NCBI GenBank assembly: GCA_027319565.1
Contig: DAHVNA010000024.1
Location: 1 to 32,034 of the forward strand
Source: Elusimicrobiota bacterium
GTDB taxonomy: Bacteria; Elusimicrobiota; Elusimicrobia; UBA1565; UBA9628
DNA: 32,034 bases
Direction of reading: 5' to 3'
The notes under the pieces: model-generated
Databases searched by the model: none
Told to the model about the DNA's origin: nothing
What the model saw: only the letters and a program-made list of their open reading frames with translations
Shown: positions 1 to 7,545 of the stretch, piece after piece
Position numbering within the stretch: position 1 is the first letter of the stretch
How the letters are laid out: every line of letters starts with the position of its first letter
Program-made: the position numbers and the translations under genes

Positions 1-107
1 CAGCCCTTTAAGATTTTCTTGTCCGGCGGGACCAAAGAAAAACCACCTATAAACGATTCTAGGGCCATTCCGTGCCAGCCCTTTAAGATTTTCTTGTCCG
101 GCGGGAC
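1..107 (-). CRISPR. Type V-B CRISPR array, leader-proximal end; truncated by window edge (one full repeat, one spacer, one partial repeat)
   Basis: 1-32 is identical to 76-107. The full repeat is taken as 72-107 (36 nt), minus strand GTCCCGCCGGACAAGAAAATCTTAAAGGGCTGGCAC; the 3' TGGCAC end is typical of Cas12b repeats. The spacer is 33-71 (39 nt if that boundary is right). Adjacent to cas2, cas4-cas1 and cas12b. Confidence 0.92.
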
Positions 108-244
108 TGCACTCTCTCAGAACAGCCTGATCTCGAGGAAAGAAACGCCAGAAAACCAGCGTTTTCGAGCGCCCCAATCATTTCCCATACGCCATCTCAC
201 AATTTTCAAGCCAGCGGAGCCTCCACACTCTATAAAATCCCCTC
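108..244 (-). promoter_or_regulatory. Putative CRISPR leader
   Basis: Non-coding stretch between the predicted tracrRNA 3' hairpin and the first repeat. Positional inference only. Confidence 0.5.
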
Positions 245-385
245 GAGCGGCTTATCGGCGCAAGCCGCACTCCGTCCCGCTCGAAATGTCAAAGATCAAG
301 AAAATATCAAAAGACTCCCCAATTTTGATGGCTTTGTGGGCCTCGTGGCACTAATTGAGGTTAAACTGTAGCCTGTAGCTACGAG
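245..385 (-). ncRNA. Cas12b tracrRNA (ends approximate)
   Basis: Minus-strand GUGCC (347-351) pairs with repeat 3' GGCAC. The anti-repeat at 297-316 pairs 19/20 (three G-U) with repeat nt 12-31. GCGGGAC (274-280) pairs with repeat nt 1-7. Internal stems: 368-372/378-382, 317-324/353-360, 330-332/340-342. 3' hairpin: 247-253/262-268. Lies between cas2 and the array, as in characterised V-B loci. Confidence 0.82.
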
Positions 386-390
386 TCATT

Positions 391-678
391 TTAATAAATT
401 AATAATTTCCTGTCTACAATCTCAATTGGACGTCCCATGCTTTCAACAATTCCAGAAACATCCTCTGCTGAGCGAAGACGGATTAATAAGACTTGATCAT
501 CATCCTTTGATATTGCGTCGCGCATTCGGCCCTCTAACATAGCTTTATCGCGATCTCCTAGCTCACATAAAAAAACCGAGTATTGAAGAGCGTCTCCATA
601 ATCACGAGCAATACGGTACACACGCCGCCAACGCGCCGGGTCCGAAATATCGTAAGAGAGAATAAAGTATGATCTCAT
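391..678 (-). CDS. cas2: CRISPR-associated endoribonuclease Cas2
   Basis: 95 aa; SYDISD and LQYSVF motifs; 4-nt overlap with cas4-cas1. Confidence 0.96.
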   Translation of the reverse strand: MRSYFILSYDISDPARWRRVYRIARDYGDALQYSVFLCELGDRDKAMLEGRMRDAISKDDDQVLLIRLRSAEDVSGIVESMGRPIEIVDRKLLIY

Positions 679-2435
679 CGTGTTCGGAGCGGCTTATAAT
701 CCTGAACATCCCCTTCCAAAAAACGCCCCAAAAGACGGCATTCAACATCCAGAACTCTCCGATAGCTAATTCGATACCCAAATACGGGATGAGTAATCAA
801 TTCATCCATTCTTCTCTCATAACCAGCAATAAAACACGCCCTGCCTTCCTTACTCATCTGAACCTCGGTCGCAGTCATCAGAAAATGCGAAGGCTTCATT
901 TCACCCGTGTTGATGAGTCTCAGAACCATCGAGTCAACAACGAGAGGACGGAAAGGCTCCATCATGTCGAGCGCGAGGGCTGGCCTGCCAGCCTCCATCG
1001 AATGGTAAAAACCGAAATAGGGATCCAGTCCCACACCGATTAACGCGGCGACAAAATCACGAGCTAGCAACGTATAACCAAAGGAGAGCATGGCATTGAC
1101 CGGATCTTTAGGCGGTCGCTTGGTTCGCCCAATCATATTGAAGAAAGATGAGCTTTCGCTTGACCACCCTTGGCTTTCCGGCAAGTCATCAAAAGTCCGC
1201 TGCCCTGCCGAAGATTCCGCTTTGCGCCCAATCAACTCTGGGAAGGTCTCAAAGTAAACCTGCCCAGCCTTCCCTTCGTAGCCACGCAAACTCGGGATAT
1301 CCTTCGCGAGAATACAATTGTCAGCGGCTGTTTTTAATTGTTCCAGCGAGCCTTCCATCTTTTTTAAATTACGTCTTAGAAAAGTACGTTGATTCTCAAT
1401 TTTTGCCTGAACTATATCCTTCGATAAACGCAAGCAGGACTCCTCCACATTGAAATATCTAAACTGCGACACCCGAAGCGCGACATTTTTAGCGATGGGG
1501 GCCGTAGCGGTCCCCAGAAGTTTTCCTCCCGCCGAGAAGAAACTAACCGTGCGTTGTGCGGCAAGGAACAAATGCAATGCTTCCGTGCTGATCTGAACGT
1601 GTCCAAAAAGAGCGGCGTGCGCGATATCTTTAAAAGGAATTTCATCTACGACTTCATTGTTGGCGGAAACAACCACGCTTTCTCCCCTTTTTGAAATATG
1701 AGCGCCCTGGGTAACCACATAGAGAACGCCTGCGTCGTCTCGCCCGGGAATGATTCTCCGCGGCTCCCCAATCTTGCCTGCAAGCCTATTGGTTTCATCC
1801 GGAAGGCAAAAAACGTTGAGCGAACAACGGATGCACTTGGGGGAGTCTAGCAAAGGCGGTGGAATCGCTTGAGTAGAAGCTTTAGCCGCTCTGGCAATGA
1901 CATCCAAGACGGCGTTTACCAAATCAGGCGTAAACTCAATACGGACTTTCTTCTTTGACGCGCGGTAATAGATAAACCCATACTCTGATCGGTAACCGTT
2001 TTCGCGTAAAAGCAGGCCTTGGGCGCAAACCTGAACTTGGTCGTTCGGCCACGCATCGGACGAAAGAGACCAGTTCCCCAACTTGAATTCGGCATTGCCA
2101 GCGGGACCAGCCGAATGCTTGTATTCAAGCGCGGCCCAGTGGCCAGCTTCCTCTTCAATGGCGTCGAGCTTGCCGGTAATTCCAAGCTTGTCGCCAGTCA
2201 ATGAGAGGTTTTTGGTAAAGAAATTCTGTTGAGTTTCCTCTTCCTCTAATGTATCGGTCTTACCTTTTCCCTTACGCCGGACTTTTGATCGACTGGAGTC
2301 AACGCGTTTATGCTGGTATGAGCCCTGGACCGTATCGGCGCTTTCGCGAAAAAGGCCTTGTACATGCTCTAAATGGAATAGACGCGGGCAATAGACGTAT
2401 TCGTTGAGCATTCGCAACGGAATAAGCGAAGACAT
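675..2435 (-). CDS. cas1: Cas4-Cas1 fusion
   Basis: N-terminal Cas4: YCPR plus CIRCSLNVFC Fe-S cysteines, GKLD..EYK and QVCAQ motifs. C-terminal Cas1: GYEG, DPVNAMLSFGY, GFYH, LALDMMEPFRP. The fusion is typical of type V-B. Confidence 0.96.
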   Translation of the reverse strand: MSSLIPLRMLNEYVYCPRLFHLEHVQGLFRESADTVQGSYQHKRVDSSRSKVRRKGKGKTDTLEEEETQQNFFTKNLSLTGDKLGITGKLDAIEEEAGHWAALEYKHSAGPAGNAEFKLGNWSLSSDAWPNDQVQVCAQGLLLRENGYRSEYGFIYYRASKKKVRIEFTPDLVNAVLDVIARAAKASTQAIPPPLLDSPKCIRCSLNVFCLPDETNRLAGKIGEPRRIIPGRDDAGVLYVVTQGAHISKRGESVVVSANNEVVDEIPFKDIAHAALFGHVQISTEALHLFLAAQRTVSFFSAGGKLLGTATAPIAKNVALRVSQFRYFNVEESCLRLSKDIVQAKIENQRTFLRRNLKKMEGSLEQLKTAADNCILAKDIPSLRGYEGKAGQVYFETFPELIGRKAESSAGQRTFDDLPESQGWSSESSSFFNMIGRTKRPPKDPVNAMLSFGYTLLARDFVAALIGVGLDPYFGFYHSMEAGRPALALDMMEPFRPLVVDSMVLRLINTGEMKPSHFLMTATEVQMSKEGRACFIAGYERRMDELITHPVFGYRISYRRVLDVECRLLGRFLEGDVQDYKPLRTR

Positions 2436-2443
2436 TCATGAAA

Positions 2444-5400
2444 TTATACGGAGAGCGCGTTACGAATTTTTTGCTTGGTCTGTCCCCAAAATACTTTAGA
2501 CTCATACCAACGACTTTCAGTCAGCATCAATCCTGATGGATCCCTAAAATAAATAGTTCTCTTTCCGATTGCCGCTTCATCTTCCTCATGCATATGCCCG
2601 AGGTCTTCCATGGAATCTAAACCATCATGCTGATTAACCTTCCCTGTCGCACCTCTCTTCGATCCGGAAATAATCTGACAAATTCCTGTAGTTCCAGGCT
2701 TGATGGATTGAAGCAATTTCCCATTAAAATAGATTTTATTGCGCGGCCCTATAATCGGAACGAACAAGTCTTTGTGTTCCCCAGCTACGCAAACCACTCG
2801 GAAATATTCTTCGTAATTCATCCAAAAACGACGCTGAAGGTTTTGCGCCGCATTAATATCAGCATGAACTAGGATTGGCTTGCCAGTTTCATCCAGCGTG
2901 CAAAAAATTTCCCCGCCATCCCAAGGGATCACAGAGCCTATTTTAATCTGCGCTGTATTTAACTCTGAGTCTTCGATCTTTTTTTTAAACCACGGCTTGT
3001 CCACAACATCCTTGGTCACACTCAGACAACGAAATCCTGGAGAGCCAAACCTCGCATGAAAACGGGAAGTAAATCCAGCGCCTACCTTACCAACGAGGAT
3101 TCCAAATAGGCCAGCTTGACGAGCAGTTTCCTCAAACAAAGCTCGATGCGCCCATTGCATCAGCATTCCGTTTTCGTGGCGAGGACGGTCGGTGCGGAAG
3201 CGATAACGAGCGAGATCCTCAAAAAGAATAATGCCGCAAGAGTCGTGCAGTTTATTCTCAGCGCCCTTGCCAGCAGAAAAACCTAAGGCCGCCATCACGA
3301 TAGCATCAGCGGATTTCTTAATGCGATCTTCTTTAAGTGCATCAATATGCGTTTGAAGTCTCGCGGCGAATTTCTTATTTTCCGGCAAGCGATTTATTTC
3401 CTTGGATTTGCGTGGGTGATTGGTCCAGCGGATCAGAATTTTGCGAACCTTCTCAAGATAATCAATTCCTTCCAAAGAAAGCCCCCAAACCCCGAATTGC
3501 TGGCTTCTGCCATTTGCCAACCGCATCTCACCTTTCCGCCATTCGCGAAGGGCTTTGGAAAATTGTCCTTCCCAAGTCTTATGAATTTTTTCGATTTTAT
3601 AACACCAAGATTTTAAGTCGAGAGACATTGCCTCTTTCAGTTCCATTAAGTCCTTCTGTTCATAAATCCCGATTTCGTCTTGTGTTAATTCATCCAGCTC
3701 TTTTTTCCGTTGTTCGCCTTCTAGGCTAGAAAGACGGATCAAAGCGTTCATACTACGAAGACTGTTTGATAAGGCGCGCAACTTCTCCCAAAGCGCATTT
3801 CGTAAGGCTTTGACACGTGGATCGGGCCGTTCTCCAGGCAACGGCAGGAGGAAACTCCGTTCATGTTCCATAACTTTTTTAACGCCAGAAATAGGAATGG
3901 TAAACTTCCCCTGCTCAGCTTTGGGTTTCATTCGAAAAACGGAGCAAGCAGCCATCTGTCTAACGCCTAAATCCACTGACAAACAGCCCAAATCATTGAT
4001 TTTTTCAATCTCTTCAGGTTCTTTGAGACCCACTAAGAACTGCGATCCATTTATTCCTCGCGGCGTCTTTTTAAATCCTTTACTTGGTATTGCCTTACGC
4101 TCCTCCAGATCAAGAGTCAAATTAACATAGACAGGCCCACCTCCAAGAAGGATAAGATTCTTCTCATTTGTCTTCTCTAGTACGTCGCGATTTAGCCTAA
4201 TACTTGCGCCTCCCCACTTTCCATTAAATTTTTCTCCGGTGCCCTGATCGGTCAAAATGACGTCGCGGGGAGAGTCCTTAGCTGCGCTAATGTATTTCAA
4301 TTGCCCGGAAACGGCCACTGGCAAAGTCTCTCTCTTCTCAACCAGTTTTTTCCCTTCAGGAAAAAGGAGGGACAGTTCTAAAGTCCAACCACCCTTCCCG
4401 TCTGGCAGGATAGAGTAATCATTCAGATTGGTCCCATTAGGCACATCCAAACGGGGCCATAGAGGATGCTCACAGGGGTGCGGCAAAGTCATGATAGTCC
4501 AAGGATTAGACTCTTCGGAATCAATGAGAAGCGAGTTGTATTTGACCTGAAACAGGGTGAAATCCGTATCATCTCGCCAAACGCTCCAATTCTCTTCCCG
4601 CGACAAATACTCAACAAAGTGCATGTCGCCGACTTCGCGAGGATTGGCTTCCTGCCACTCTCGGGCGATATTCAATAAATCGGCGGCGCGCGACCTAGGA
4701 TTTTTTTTAACGGCGGCCAACCATTTCTCTCTTATTCTGTCCCATCCACGCAACATACGCCTACCAATACGAAACCGTCGCTTTAATCCGAGCGAACCCT
4801 GTTCTAGATCAGTCTTTCTATTTTTTTCGTACTGATCAAAGATGGGATTCCATTTCGAGAAATCTGTTTTATGCTCCGAACACCATGCATCAAGTTCGTC
4901 CTCCGCTTTTTTTTGACGAGCCTTGGCATTCTGATTCCAGCTCTCCCAAGAAGAAATCCTTTCCAGGGCCTGCTGGAACATATCCCTCTCCCAGTTCGTC
5001 AATTGATCATCCTTCCAGTCTCTGATTTTTTCCCCCTTCTCTACGCCAGCCCAAATCCAACCTGATTGGAGTCGAAACATCGGCCAAAGTGGAAGAAGTC
5101 CAAGGTCTTTGAGCTTTGGGCGCAACTCCACTGATTTTGCTTCTGTCTTTTTAAATTCATATTTGAGCTTTGCTTCTTTTTTGCGCGGGTCGCTATCTGG
5201 AAGTTTCATCCAAGTAGGTTTGCGTCCGCTTGCGCTCTTGCCCAAGCCCGACTCGCTTTCTTTGCTGACAAAAGAGCCTAGCCAATCGCGGGCAATACTT
5301 TGGTTATCGCCTTTTTCCCCGATAGAAGCAGGAACCACTTGCTTATAAACTTTCCCCAGAAGCTCCAAAATCTCCTCATCCGTGCCCTTGTTTGGAATCC

Positions 5401-5647
5401 CATTTCGCTTTTGAGCTGAGCGCGCGATTTCTATCAATTCCTTTTGGAACTCATCCGCCCGTCTGGTGGGCTCTCCAGATTCATTGTCTTCATATACATC
5501 TTCCTGGCGCAAACGAAGAAGCTGTTCCACAAAATACCGGACACCGTCATTATGAATGAGATGCGTCGTTCCAACGGCCCGTCTTATGGCATCTCCCGAT
5601 TGAGATCTTGGAATTACCAACTTTATCTGAATTGATTTAACACTCAT
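2444..5647 (-). CDS. cas12b: Type V-B effector Cas12b (C2c1), 1067 aa
   Basis: N-terminus VKSIQIKL; WERDMFQQALERISSWESWN; HPLWPR; RuvC-I SVDLGVR; RuvC-II ILFEDLARY..ENGMLMQWAHR; RuvC-III HADINAAQNLQRRFW; context cas4-cas1, cas2, tracrRNA, array. Confidence 0.96.
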   Translation of the reverse strand: MSVKSIQIKLVIPRSQSGDAIRRAVGTTHLIHNDGVRYFVEQLLRLRQEDVYEDNESGEPTRRADEFQKELIEIARSAQKRNGIPNKGTDEEILELLGKVYKQVVPASIGEKGDNQSIARDWLGSFVSKESESGLGKSASGRKPTWMKLPDSDPRKKEAKLKYEFKKTEAKSVELRPKLKDLGLLPLWPMFRLQSGWIWAGVEKGEKIRDWKDDQLTNWERDMFQQALERISSWESWNQNAKARQKKAEDELDAWCSEHKTDFSKWNPIFDQYEKNRKTDLEQGSLGLKRRFRIGRRMLRGWDRIREKWLAAVKKNPRSRAADLLNIAREWQEANPREVGDMHFVEYLSREENWSVWRDDTDFTLFQVKYNSLLIDSEESNPWTIMTLPHPCEHPLWPRLDVPNGTNLNDYSILPDGKGGWTLELSLLFPEGKKLVEKRETLPVAVSGQLKYISAAKDSPRDVILTDQGTGEKFNGKWGGASIRLNRDVLEKTNEKNLILLGGGPVYVNLTLDLEERKAIPSKGFKKTPRGINGSQFLVGLKEPEEIEKINDLGCLSVDLGVRQMAACSVFRMKPKAEQGKFTIPISGVKKVMEHERSFLLPLPGERPDPRVKALRNALWEKLRALSNSLRSMNALIRLSSLEGEQRKKELDELTQDEIGIYEQKDLMELKEAMSLDLKSWCYKIEKIHKTWEGQFSKALREWRKGEMRLANGRSQQFGVWGLSLEGIDYLEKVRKILIRWTNHPRKSKEINRLPENKKFAARLQTHIDALKEDRIKKSADAIVMAALGFSAGKGAENKLHDSCGIILFEDLARYRFRTDRPRHENGMLMQWAHRALFEETARQAGLFGILVGKVGAGFTSRFHARFGSPGFRCLSVTKDVVDKPWFKKKIEDSELNTAQIKIGSVIPWDGGEIFCTLDETGKPILVHADINAAQNLQRRFWMNYEEYFRVVCVAGEHKDLFVPIIGPRNKIYFNGKLLQSIKPGTTGICQIISGSKRGATGKVNQHDGLDSMEDLGHMHEEDEAAIGKRTIYFRDPSGLMLTESRWYESKVFWGQTKQKIRNALSV

Positions 5648-5656
5648 TTGTCATAT

Positions 5657-5785
5657 TCACTGTAGCATTGCCTTCGCCGCAGAATAGGTCGGCGCGACAT
5701 ACGACACAGGATTTGGCATCGTGTCCGGCCTGGCCCACAACGCCATCGGACCCGAAATCTCAAGTTGCACTTTATGCGAATCCAT
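5657..5785 (-). pseudogene. cas5: Truncated Cas5 (type I-C-like N-terminal 42 aa)
   Basis: Hand translation MDSHKVQLEISGPMALWARPDTMPNPVSYVAPTYSAAKAMLQ* matches the Cas5 N-terminal signature (LE.SG..A...RP......SY..PT.SAA..ML). The stop lies 9 nt before the cas12b ATG. Confidence 0.8.
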
Positions 5786-5796
5786 AGCTGATTGCT

Positions 5797-5853
5797 TTAC
5801 ACGATCTTACATTTTCGTCCAGCAATCTCAAAAGCGCACTCGTAGTTTTTCAT
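5797..5853 (-). pseudogene. Possible second Cas5 N-terminal stub (18 aa)
   Basis: MKNYECAFEIAGRKCKIV*; the first 12 residues align with MDSHKVQLEISG of the adjacent cas5 fragment. Too short to be certain. Confidence 0.35.
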
Positions 5854-5909
5854 CGAAGATTCCGTTTATGAATTAATTCTATCCTTTTCAAAATGCTCCA
5901 CGCTCGTCT

Positions 5910-5938
5910 ATTGTAGCAACCCTCTCGCCCCTTATGAA
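5910..5938 (-). promoter_or_regulatory. Candidate sigma70 promoter for the cas operon
   Basis: Minus strand TTCATA (5933-5938), 17 nt, TACAAT (5910-5915), with an extended TG motif. Confidence 0.45.
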
Positions 5939-5961
5939 GCGAGAACAAAACGGCTCCGCGG
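5926..5961. repeat. Imperfect direct repeat, copy 1 (hairpin-forming)
   Basis: 28/36 identical to 7431-7466 (22/26 in the core CGCCCCTTATGAAGCGAGAACAAAAC). Confidence 0.7.
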
Positions 5962-5962
5962 C

Positions 5963-6009
5963 TTCGACGGAATTCGACGGAATTCGACGGAATTCGACGG
6001 AATTCGACG
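5963..6009. repeat. Perfect tandem repeat (TTCGACGGAA) x4.7
   Basis: Directly visible; begins 5 nt after the stop codon of the AlbA_2 gene on the minus strand. Confidence 0.95.
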
Positions 6010-6014
6010 ACGCA

Positions 6015-7424
6015 TTACTCCCCCCTCTTTAAATGCCAGCGCGCGCCCCGAGCGTAGCCCCGGCAGATTACGAGTTTAAGGCGGCGCAAATGATTCAACT
6101 CATCACGGAGAGCTCTCTCCGTCGCGGCTGATTGAATGGCGGAAAGTATCTCCCCTAAGCGAAGAGGCCCCGCCGAAGCCAAGACATCAAGGACTTTCCT
6201 TTGTCTTTCCGTCAATTCATGGCCGATCTTCGTTGGAGGAAGGTAGCGAGTCGCCCGAAAGCAAACGACGACGCCTCCCGCCAGATCCGCGATCTCGGGC
6301 CGAGGCAGGCCGGCCCTCTCGGCCATTTCCGCCATTTTGATGGTTCCGCGACCCCAAGCCTCGATGAGGCCTCTCTTATAAAAAACGGAAGCGATGATTG
6401 GATTCCAAGGCAGGGATTCATGCGGCTCATAAAGATCGGAAATTTTAAGCCCAAAATGCAGGGAGCCGGAAGAGCTGATTTCCAAGCGGTCATCGTAAAT
6501 GGCGATGCCGACCGAACCGCCGCCGATGGAATAGTCCCTATGGCAAAAAGCGTTGGCCAGGGCCTCGCGAAGAGCCAATGGAGGATAAAGCGGGTCATCC
6601 TCGCGCTCAAAAAGATTGGGAACGACACGGCCGGCCACTGGAAGATGATCTCTCAAAAAGCGTTCGGCTCGAACAAGCAAATCAAAGACGTTGCCGTAAT
6701 AGCGGCGATTGTCGATAAACTCGGTCTTGTCTCGTCCTTTAAAGCGCGCGAGCTTAAGCAGGCATTGGGAATAATCGCCCTGGAGGCGGTCGGGACGCGC
6801 GAAAAGAATGACGGCGGCTCTCAGAAGTTTCTCCCCTTTCAGCAAGGCCAGCCCGCGTAAAAGGTCCGCCGGAACGCGCGTTCCGGGATCCTCACAACGG
6901 CCGCGCCGAACCGCTTCATCCATCGTCCTCCTAATTTCGTCTTCATCCAAATCATTGACGGTCCAGCCCTCGGCAAATTGGTTTTCCCAACGCGAAACGG
7001 AATGAAGCTCCTCCAACAGCATCCGGTTATAATCCTCGCGGGACATCTCCGCGTTGGTCGCGCCAACTCGATGGTAAGCCTTTCCTTGAAATGAATACGG
7101 ACGCCTGGAACCGCGCTCAAATGAAACAACGATCGCTTCACGACTTGAGCCAATCCGGATGCGCTCAATGGCGGGGAAAACGGGCGGCTCAATCATCCGC
7201 AGATAGACGGCGACATCATCGAGGGTTTTGTCGCTCGCTTCCTGGCCAACGACGCGCCCTTGCGGATCGACGCCGAAGATAACGCGCCCGCCTTTATGGT
7301 TGAGCATGGCGCAAACGGCCCTGGCGGCCTGGCCGCGCTGGCCCGTGGTGGACTTAAACTCCTGGACTTCAGATTCGCCTTGCGCCGCCCAGTCTGAAAG
7401 CCGATCTTCCGCCGTTTTCGTCAA
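6015..7424 (-). CDS. Schlafen/AlbA_2 domain + RecG-C-like ATP-binding domain (HATPase_c_4) + winged-HTH protein
   Basis: GESEVQEFK, AMLNHKGGRVIFGV (AlbA_2); LREALANAFCHRDY, IYDDRLEISSSG, NPIIA, IEAWGRG; C-terminal LTERQRKVL..HTH. TTG start. Confidence 0.88.
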   Translation of the reverse strand: MTKTAEDRLSDWAAQGESEVQEFKSTTGQRGQAARAVCAMLNHKGGRVIFGVDPQGRVVGQEASDKTLDDVAVYLRMIEPPVFPAIERIRIGSSREAIVVSFERGSRRPYSFQGKAYHRVGATNAEMSREDYNRMLLEELHSVSRWENQFAEGWTVNDLDEDEIRRTMDEAVRRGRCEDPGTRVPADLLRGLALLKGEKLLRAAVILFARPDRLQGDYSQCLLKLARFKGRDKTEFIDNRRYYGNVFDLLVRAERFLRDHLPVAGRVVPNLFEREDDPLYPPLALREALANAFCHRDYSIGGGSVGIAIYDDRLEISSSGSLHFGLKISDLYEPHESLPWNPIIASVFYKRGLIEAWGRGTIKMAEMAERAGLPRPEIADLAGGVVVCFRATRYLPPTKIGHELTERQRKVLDVLASAGPLRLGEILSAIQSAATERALRDELNHLRRLKLVICRGYARGARWHLKRGE

Positions 7425-7430
7425 TGTCCC

Positions 7431-7466
7431 CGCCCCTCATGAAGCAAAGACAAAACCGCCATGCGG
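7431..7466. repeat. Imperfect direct repeat, copy 2; overlaps the RBS of the AlbA_2 gene
   Basis: 28/36 identical to 5926-5961. Minus-strand 7425-7452 forms a 12-bp stem with a 4-nt loop ending at the TTG start. Confidence 0.7.
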
Positions 7467-7545
7467 ACAAAAATGTCGTTTTTAACTTGGTCCAAAATGA
7501 AGGAACGCAATCCGGCGAGATCAAAAGCGCATTCGCTCATTTATC

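Noticed and set aside
274..351. Degenerate inverted extra CRISPR repeat
   Set aside because: The matches are split into three blocks and the differences are mostly G-U compatible, which fits a tracrRNA anti-repeat.
19..354. 111-aa plus-strand ORF
   Set aside because: Runs across CRISPR repeats, leader and tracrRNA; the repeated peptide merely translates the repeat.
2444..5647. Cas12k/CAST or nuclease-dead effector
   Set aside because: RuvC catalytic residues are intact, size and motifs fit Cas12b, and no tnsB/tnsC/tniQ is present.
5648..5785. Cas5-Cas12b fusion protein
   Set aside because: The stub is in the same frame as cas12b, but two TGA stops (5657-5659 and 5651-5653) intervene.
5963..6009. 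Mini CRISPR array or EcoRI linker artefact
   Set aside because: There are no spacers, and the unit is not a palindromic linker and has no vector sequence around it.
6201..6860. 219-aa plus-strand ORF
   Set aside because: Antisense shadow of the GC-rich AlbA_2 gene; no recognisable motifs.
5926..7466. Integron cassette or IS element
   Set aside because: No integrase or transposase, and the flanking repeats lack attC RYYYAAC/GTTRRRY boxes or terminal inverted repeats.
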